A stretch of DNA of 64,000 nt, taken from IMG/VR virus record IMGVR_UViG_3300005563_000030, positions 1-64,000 of that record, one strand, 5' to 3'. The translations under genes were made by a program, and so were the position numbers. Below are positions 58,019 through 64,000 of this stretch, in pieces; the first letter of the stretch is position 1; every line of letters starts with the position of its first letter. The notes under the pieces are model-generated. The model was not told where the DNA came from and made no database searches. It was given only the letters and a program-made list of their open reading frames with translations. Origin of the DNA: a virus.

Positions 58019-59455
58019 TTAATTCTGATTCAAATAATAATAATTAGCGATAAGTCCTTTATCCTTATGGTAGAGGAAAGCCTCTGCCCCTTTGAGAGAG
58101 TTATATCCTTTTTCAGCGTGCCATGCGTCATTTGCTGATAAGGAATTTAATACTTTTACAGTAAAGCCCGGATATTCTTGAACATCTGTAAACTTAATCT
58201 GTTTAGAGTGGTGAAAGTGTCCGACATGCACTCTGCGGAATTTGGTGGCAGCCCATAAATGGGGTTGTTCAGTCGCACAAATAATGCCCAAGTCCTGCAA
58301 CTTCTCATTATGTCCATGACAATACATGAGTAAATTTAAGCCATACTGTAAATATTTTCTAGGCGTGTGAGTATTAATCACAGTTACCAATTCGTTATTG
58401 TGAAACCAAGCATCAAGTACTTCACCAAGTGTAAACATGGCTACAGTATCATGATTACCCGGTACAATTAATACTTCTACTGGAGCAATTTCTGATAGTT
58501 TAGTGATTGTGTCAATCAAAAGATCTTTAGCTGTCTGAAACATTTTACCAAAACGACTATCACAAGACACATTTGTTCCGGCTGTAGTTGTATTACCTTT
58601 ATTATCAACGTTAATCATATCATTACCAACAGGTAATATGATTTTCTCCAATTTAGCTGGATTGACTCTTGAAAGAAGCTCTCTGACAGCTTTTTTATAG
58701 CGATCAACAGCTATCTTAATATCATAGTCTTCACCTGTCTCTTTACCCCAAGCCAGTTTACCAATATGTAAATCAGGAATATTAATTTCTAATGCCGTAT
58801 CTCTTCCTTCACCATATTTTTTATCTAATGCATCAATAAAATCATTTACTGGCTCACCCACTCTTGCTTTCTTTTCAGAAGCTTTTCTGATTTCATTAAG
58901 GATAATATCTTTTTGTTTGCTAATATTATCGTCAACTCTCTTCAATTTAAGATTAGCACGAATTGCAAACAACTGTTGACTCTCAATAGCACCAGCTTCA
59001 TTCTTAATCCATGCGTTATAAGACTTTACTTCATAGTCTGCAATAGTGTATTTCTCAGTATCAATCTTACATACACGTACAAGATCAGACAGATTCTCTA
59101 TTTTCTCTCTAGTTGTTGCTTGTACAGAGCCTGTACCATTTGCATTGTATTTAACCACATGATCTCCTGTAGATACAGTTGAAGTGAGCGTGGAAATAGG
59201 TATTTTAACATCTCCAGTTTGTATAAAGTTTATATTTTTATCTACGTAAAATTCTTTATTATTTACTTCTATCTTCTTCTTACTAGGAATAATAGCTCCT
59301 TGACGTTGCAACATTCTCCAGCGTTTACGAGCTTTCTCAGGATGAATACCAAATAACTCAGCGATCTTTCCATAATAACCAACTTCATTTGGTGCTTTAG
59401 GGTTCGCTAATATCCATTTATCTATTTCATTGTTCTGATTCTTTCTTGGACTCAT
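58019..59455 (-). CDS. calcineurin-like metallophosphoesterase
   Basis: DLHIG, GND, PGNHD, HGH and GHFHH motifs; N-terminal HTH-like segment. Confidence 0.85.
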   Translation of the reverse strand: MSPRKNQNNEIDKWILANPKAPNEVGYYGKIAELFGIHPEKARKRWRMLQRQGAIIPSKKKIEVNNKEFYVDKNINFIQTGDVKIPISTLTSTVSTGDHVVKYNANGTGSVQATTREKIENLSDLVRVCKIDTEKYTIADYEVKSYNAWIKNEAGAIESQQLFAIRANLKLKRVDDNISKQKDIILNEIRKASEKKARVGEPVNDFIDALDKKYGEGRDTALEINIPDLHIGKLAWGKETGEDYDIKIAVDRYKKAVRELLSRVNPAKLEKIILPVGNDMINVDNKGNTTTAGTNVSCDSRFGKMFQTAKDLLIDTITKLSEIAPVEVLIVPGNHDTVAMFTLGEVLDAWFHNNELVTVINTHTPRKYLQYGLNLLMYCHGHNEKLQDLGIICATEQPHLWAATKFRRVHVGHFHHSKQIKFTDVQEYPGFTVKVLNSLSANDAWHAEKGYNSLKGAEAFLYHKDKGLIANYYYLNQN

Positions 59456-59475
59456 TAATTATTATTTTTGTTATA

Positions 59476-59507
59476 CAAATTTAGTTATATTATCGCATAT
59501 TTCCAAA
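59476..59507 (-). promoter_or_regulatory. Bacteroidota-type promoter
   Basis: TTTG-N20-TAAATTTG on the minus strand. Confidence 0.7.
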
Positions 59508-59518
59508 TAAAATTGAAT

Positions 59519-59545
59519 AAAAAAAGGCCGTGTAGAAACACAGCC
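59519..59545 (-). terminator. intrinsic terminator
   Basis: Minus strand GGCTGTGT-TTCT-ACACGGCC-TTTTTTT. Confidence 0.8.
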
Positions 59546-59590
59546 ATAAACACTATGAAAAAACCAACAAAATCATAGTTTTTGAATTTA

Positions 59591-61924
59591 TTATGCAACT
59601 GCAACAAATGACACAATATTGTTATAAGTAGCAATAGGTGTACTTGATGCGTTTTTATATACAAGATCTACAACGATATTGTCACCTGTACTAATACCAG
59701 ATAATATTTGACTATCAAAGAAGGCATTAGTATTTGGAGTGTTTGGAATAGTCCAAACTTTAGTTCCAATAGTAGAGCTAGTTGTAGCATTCCTAATAGT
59801 AGCAGTAATGCTAGCTAATACAGGATTTTTAACCACATCATCATTTAATCCAAAGTCAATAGCGTAGCTATCATCTGTACTATGAGCACTTAATATGATA
59901 TTAGTAGGTGCGGCTAGCGTAAATGTTACAGGACACAATGTTGTATCTGTATGAGGAGCTATATAATCTGGATCACTTATATCATTAGGTTTAGTTTGTC
60001 CTGTTGGTACTAAAGTATCTTCGTTTACTTCTTTTAAGGTAAATACATCAATAATACCATTAGTAAGAGCAGCAGGATTTTGTTGATAAAACACAGCAGT
60101 ACCTATTGTAGTAGGGCTACTAATATTTATATCACCTATAGTACTTGTAATAACAGTACCATCAGTAAGCTGTAATAATGTAGTGGCTCTAGGTGAACCA
60201 ATGTATGTTTTCTTAATATCTAGTGTATTTCTATCAATCTTATAAGAAATCATCTGGTTCAATGGGGCATCATCTGAAGTAGAGGCATTAATACCACCAT
60301 ATATAATATCAACAAATAAATCACCTGTTACAGCATTGATACCAGGAGTAACTTGTGCTGTGGGATATTGTCTATTATTATCAAAATCAAAAGTCTTTAA
60401 TAATGCATACGTTGTAGTGTCATACACTTCCATCTTTCTTGCCATGTAGTCATTAAGATAGAATCTATTAAAGTCTTTGTCTATGAAACAAGACTGCCAA
60501 TACGAATCAGGGCTTGAATTAAATCCTACTGTAGAGATAGCAGGAACAATCTCAAGGATTAGGGTTAAGCTACTATTAAGAACCGCAATATTTGCATATC
60601 TACTTACGTTATTTCTGGCCACAAAGATTCTATCTCCTGAAGCTAAGAAACCACCCCAGTTAGATTCAAATGGGTTCTGAGTACCAGTAGTACCAGCCAT
60701 TGTGTAGCTTCCTGTAGCATCCAGTTCACTTATAAGAACTTTACTAGACTTACTAATAACAATAGCCATTCTATTTCTAGTTGCAACATCCATTCCCCAT
60801 CCTGTTACAATAAGATCAGAAGTAGGGTTAGAAAGCATTGTTCCATGTGTAAATGAATCACTTGTTGTTGTAGAGAGATAAGCGGAGCCTGTTGAACCCA
60901 TTCCTATTTTACCCCAAGTTCCTAAAGCAAAATCATAATAGTCACAACCATGTGATCTACGACTATGTATATATAATGTTCTAGTAGGCTTGTCATAGTA
61001 GTAGCCTTGTACATAAGTGCTACCTGATCCACCTGTCGCATCTGCTCTATATGGAACACCAGAAGTATAAGTACCACCAGAACCACCATAAGGGCTTCCT
61101 GAACGAGTTTCATTTAAGTAGACAATATCTCCAACGTTGGTAGCAGTAGCAGGATCGAGACTCCAAATAGTGCCAGTAACGTTATTAGCAGATATAAAAT
61201 ATACTCTTCCGCCATCTTCAAAGGAATAGGCAGGTTCAGGTAAGTTATTAATTGTCTTACTTTCAAGTAAGTCGAGGTCTTCTGATTGACATTCGTAAGT
61301 GTCAGCTATCCAGATGTAGTTAATACAATTAGATACAAGATTACAGAAGGCATCACCATATTGGTCTCTTATTTTATCAAGTAATGCTTGAATATTTAAT
61401 GTAGGTACAGCTACTAACAATCCACCTTGATTCTCCATAGTCACAGAAACAATACCATCTGAACCACCAATAAGTTGTTCTTCAAGATAGTCTGGTGTAT
61501 CTGTTGCATCTACTTTTAAGAGATAGTTCTCGTTATAAGCTTTAGCATAAACTCCATTAGCTCTTATTTCCAATTGGTTAAGAGGATCAGGAGAAACTTT
61601 TAAATCAGCTTTTATTGTGTGATTGGCAGTACCACTAGCTTGCATATCAATACTAGGAGTATCTACAGGAGTGATAGGAACGTTAGCACTATTACCAAGA
61701 AAATCATCAATAGCCTCAAAGATCTGCTCGGCAGTAGATCCATTTGGCATTCCTAGATTTTCTAGTTTTGAAGGTTCTGTTGTTGGAAGTGGATGATAAG
61801 TGACGCACTTTGAATTAACTTCATAATCACAAGGATTACCCTCTCCACATTGTTCGCAGAAGGGCTGCTGTGATTCGCAGTTGCATCTTAAATAATCATT
61901 ACCACATACTCCGCAATTAGGCAT
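59591..61924 (-). CDS. Cys-rich tail/fibre protein with probable beta-propeller (777 aa)
   Basis: CxxC-rich N-terminus, module shared with the 240-aa protein, and repeated blade-like strands. Confidence 0.65.
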   Translation of the reverse strand: MPNCGVCGNDYLRCNCESQQPFCEQCGEGNPCDYEVNSKCVTYHPLPTTEPSKLENLGMPNGSTAEQIFEAIDDFLGNSANVPITPVDTPSIDMQASGTANHTIKADLKVSPDPLNQLEIRANGVYAKAYNENYLLKVDATDTPDYLEEQLIGGSDGIVSVTMENQGGLLVAVPTLNIQALLDKIRDQYGDAFCNLVSNCINYIWIADTYECQSEDLDLLESKTINNLPEPAYSFEDGGRVYFISANNVTGTIWSLDPATATNVGDIVYLNETRSGSPYGGSGGTYTSGVPYRADATGGSGSTYVQGYYYDKPTRTLYIHSRRSHGCDYYDFALGTWGKIGMGSTGSAYLSTTTSDSFTHGTMLSNPTSDLIVTGWGMDVATRNRMAIVISKSSKVLISELDATGSYTMAGTTGTQNPFESNWGGFLASGDRIFVARNNVSRYANIAVLNSSLTLILEIVPAISTVGFNSSPDSYWQSCFIDKDFNRFYLNDYMARKMEVYDTTTYALLKTFDFDNNRQYPTAQVTPGINAVTGDLFVDIIYGGINASTSDDAPLNQMISYKIDRNTLDIKKTYIGSPRATTLLQLTDGTVITSTIGDINISSPTTIGTAVFYQQNPAALTNGIIDVFTLKEVNEDTLVPTGQTKPNDISDPDYIAPHTDTTLCPVTFTLAAPTNIILSAHSTDDSYAIDFGLNDDVVKNPVLASITATIRNATTSSTIGTKVWTIPNTPNTNAFFDSQILSGISTGDNIVVDLVYKNASSTPIATYNNIVSFVAVA

Positions 61925-61937
61925 ATTCTAAATTTTA

Positions 61938-62660
61938 TTATGATGTTGTAATAGTACGAGTAGTACCGTTAAGTCTGATTTTCAGACCTGTTGCAAGGCC
62001 AATATCTGTTCTATACCAGTATTGACCATCTAATGGAGTAGTAGGATCAGAAGTTACATTTCCTAAGAATCCTGATACTGGAGAGAAGAGAGCAGCGACG
62101 TTCACTGTATTACTTCCTACAAGACCAATTGTTTTGGCATTATAGTCAACTGTGAGAACCATTGGAGAAGCGAAAAGACCATCAGATTGAATTGAAAGTC
62201 TATTACCAGATCCAGCAGAAATCTTTACATCAGCTTGAAGTGTATGACTAAGTGAACCAGAAGCTGTTAGGTTAACTGATTGTGTATCTGTCACAGTGAT
62301 TGGAGTAGTAACCTCTCCTGCAACTGTGTCTATATCTGATGATAATTGACAAAGTTGTGTGTCTACTGCTTCAGCAAACTCCTTCATGGAGTTGATTGTA
62401 TAGTCAGCTCTTAAGCAAGGAAGATTAAAGTTAGCTGCTTTTATTTGACCAATATAAGGATCTACAGCTTCAGCGAACTGATTAAGAGTAGCTCCGTTTG
62501 TAAGAGCTAAGTTAGTAAGGTTAGTTACCTCATTATTATCTTTGTGGTAGATAGAGCAGTCCCAATCAAGCTGAATAGGACATCCTGTATTTGTATTACA
62601 AGGGTCACAGATTGAAACTGACTGATAAACTGGTTGAGAACCGCATCCGCATTCTGCCAT
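61938..62660 (-). CDS. Cys-rich tail fibre/hub protein (240 aa)
   Basis: Paralogous modules with the 777-aa and 152-aa proteins; C-terminal DPTTPLDGQYWYRTD. Confidence 0.65.
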   Translation of the reverse strand: MAECGCGSQPVYQSVSICDPCNTNTGCPIQLDWDCSIYHKDNNEVTNLTNLALTNGATLNQFAEAVDPYIGQIKAANFNLPCLRADYTINSMKEFAEAVDTQLCQLSSDIDTVAGEVTTPITVTDTQSVNLTASGSLSHTLQADVKISAGSGNRLSIQSDGLFASPMVLTVDYNAKTIGLVGSNTVNVAALFSPVSGFLGNVTSDPTTPLDGQYWYRTDIGLATGLKIRLNGTTRTITTS

Positions 62661-62678
62661 TGTTATAAATTTTTATTG

Positions 62679-63137
62679 TTATATTCCTAGTTCTGTCTTA
62701 ATCGCACATATCTCATTCTTGAATAATGTAAGGATAGATATAAGCGAGTAGGTGTTTGTACCTTGCTGACATGGAGCAGCGGAAGGAGCCAAACATCCTA
62801 AATCAATTGTTATTAATTCGTTAGCTACATTAAGACTATTTAATTGTGTCTGAAGTGCTGTTACTGTTGCACTCAATGCACAGATCTTATCAGCATGAGC
62901 TTGAAGTATTGTCTTTACTGTTTTTGTAGTTGGTAAAGTACCACAAGTTAATGTTTGTGTAGCCATGTCTGTAGCTTGATTAAGATTATCTATTGCTATA
63001 GCAATCTTATCAAATACATCATTTATATCAGCGTCACATGCTGGTTGCTCATCTACTGATAAGAACTTTAAGTCTTTACCAGTAAACGGTATACAAGAAG
63101 AAGGTAAGATATTACCACATGAATATTTTCCAGGCAT
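62679..63137 (-). CDS. Cys-rich coiled-coil structural protein (152 aa)
   Basis: SCIPFTG module and coiled coil. Confidence 0.65.
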   Translation of the reverse strand: MPGKYSCGNILPSSCIPFTGKDLKFLSVDEQPACDADINDVFDKIAIAIDNLNQATDMATQTLTCGTLPTTKTVKTILQAHADKICALSATVTALQTQLNSLNVANELITIDLGCLAPSAAPCQQGTNTYSLISILTLFKNEICAIKTELGI

Positions 63138-63139
63138 GA

Positions 63140-63304
63140 TTATTTTTGTTTTTTATAAAGAATCTTACAGATTTTCTTTATATTATTTTGATCGTTTATA
63201 AACTTCGCTTTCAAGAATTCTTCAGCTTTAAACCTACAATCATCTATCTCATACAAGTACTTACCTCGTATTCTTTCAGCGAAAGTGATTAGTTGTTGTT
63301 GCAT
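63140..63304 (-). CDS. small hypothetical protein (54 aa), not in the ORF track
   Basis: MQQQLITFAERIRGKYLYEIDDCRFKAEEFLKAKF...; fills the gap between neighbours. Confidence 0.5.
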   Translation of the reverse strand: MQQQLITFAERIRGKYLYEIDDCRFKAEEFLKAKFINDQNNIKKICKILYKKQK

Positions 63305-63621
63305 AAGTTTAGTGCTGTAATTACGGTTATAAAGCTTTCGATTTCTTCTAGTTCTTTTTCAAAGTAGCAAGGTTTACTTGCATAGTTCTTGGCAGAAAGG
63401 AGATAGCTTACGTAGCTATTTATTTGTCTTGTTGTTATATTAGGTATTTGTGTGTAGAGCCCTTGAGTTCTAATGCAATTTACTTTATCTAACCACAAGT
63501 CAACCTGCTCCATTGTATACGGACATTCTGAATTTACTTGTATACTTAAAGTAGTCTGTATTGTTGGAGTTACTGTTCTAGCTAACCTAGTACTACTTCT
63601 TCCACATGTTGAGCATCCCAT
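63289..63621 (-). CDS. Cys-rich structural protein (110 aa)
   Basis: MGCSTCG N-terminus; coupled to the upstream stop. Confidence 0.65.
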   Translation of the reverse strand: MGCSTCGRSSTRLARTVTPTIQTTLSIQVNSECPYTMEQVDLWLDKVNCIRTQGLYTQIPNITTRQINSYVSYLLSAKNYASKPCYFEKELEEIESFITVITALNLCNNN

Positions 63622-63998
63622 TATTTACAATTTTTATTGCAAATGCCTTCTTTTAATTCATTGATTAGCCTTTGCGCGGTTTGATAGAAGGAGTTAGCTT
63701 TCTTCTCATCTTTCTCTACCACAGCTTGAGCCCCAGTGATACAAGTATGTATTTCTACTAAGCTATACGATTTTATTCTATCTTCTTTGGTACTACAATC
63801 AGTGCTTTCTAATTGTAAGTAAAGATCATTTAGCTCCTTCTCTATCAGAGTGGTTCTAAAGTATTTCTTTACTATATAAGCATTTTCGTATGGACAGATT
63901 TTGTACTTGAAAGTATAAACACCATCTGGAAGATCAACTAGATATTCTTTATTCAGAATTTCTGTAAGTCCAATAGTATTAGAATTAAATGTATTTAC
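63621..63998 (-). CDS. 3' part of conserved crAss-like structural protein (LPDGVY motif), truncated by window edge
   Basis: Open frame ...VDLPDGVYTFKYKICP...EGICNKNCK*. Confidence 0.65.
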   Translation of the reverse strand, partial: VNTFNSNTIGLTEILNKEYLVDLPDGVYTFKYKICPYENAYIVKKYFRTTLIEKELNDLYLQLESTDCSTKEDRIKSYSLVEIHTCITGAQAVVEKDEKKANSFYQTAQRLINELKEGICNKNCK

Positions 63999-64000
63999 TT

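Noticed and set aside
461-63664. Numerous 60-145 aa antisense or nested ORFs in the ORF track (e.g. 4837-5175, 19088-19384, 49114-49518, 53184-53621)
   Set aside because: They lie fully within better-supported genes and show the S/F/L/I-rich composition typical of shadow frames, with no motifs.
1-64000. Stop-codon reassignment (TAG/TGA), known in some crAss-like phages
   Set aside because: Code 11 gives dense, uninterrupted ORFs up to 3791 aa with no fragmentation of the late genes.
1-64000. tRNA genes, rRNA and CRISPR arrays
   Set aside because: Intergenic gaps are short and explained by promoters and terminators. No cloverleaf or repeat-spacer pattern was recognised by eye; tRNAscan-SE would be needed to exclude tRNAs.

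Overview
The window is a 64 kb segment of an AT-rich, crAss-like (Crassvirales-type) phage genome read in standard code 11. The host is probably a Bacteroidota, judged from repeated TTTG-N19-22-TAnnTTTG promoters. Bases 1-14.9 kb, mostly on the + strand, carry early/middle functions: a P-loop kinase, a CCA-adding enzyme, an RlaP-like nucleotidyltransferase, a cluster of very acidic proteins, class II RNR (nrdJ) followed by an HNH endonuclease, two MazG-like proteins, a PLD nuclease, thyX and recA. From a bidirectional terminator near 14.96 kb, the - strand carries virion genes. These include three tail-fibre-like genes with a subtilisin gene among them, a multi-gene lysis cassette, and a 25 kb block of putative ejected cargo proteins containing a 3791-aa virion RNA polymerase (DFDID motif). 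The block is followed by a 1993-aa tail stabilisation/muzzle protein with inserted PKD/FN3-like domains, ring and IHF-like proteins, a stand-alone metallophosphoesterase and Cys-rich tail proteins. The most striking pattern is that the six cargo proteins (8347 aa) contain only four cysteines by eye, all at the facing termini of three consecutive proteins (3791 aa ...EVEC / MAC...707 aa...GCKK / MAC...1410 aa). This suggests a head-to-tail disulfide-linked chain that rejoins a split RNA polymerase. Also notable is an HNH gene that ends in a synonymously recoded copy of the nrdJ C-terminus. All family assignments come from motif recognition by eye, with no database searches.
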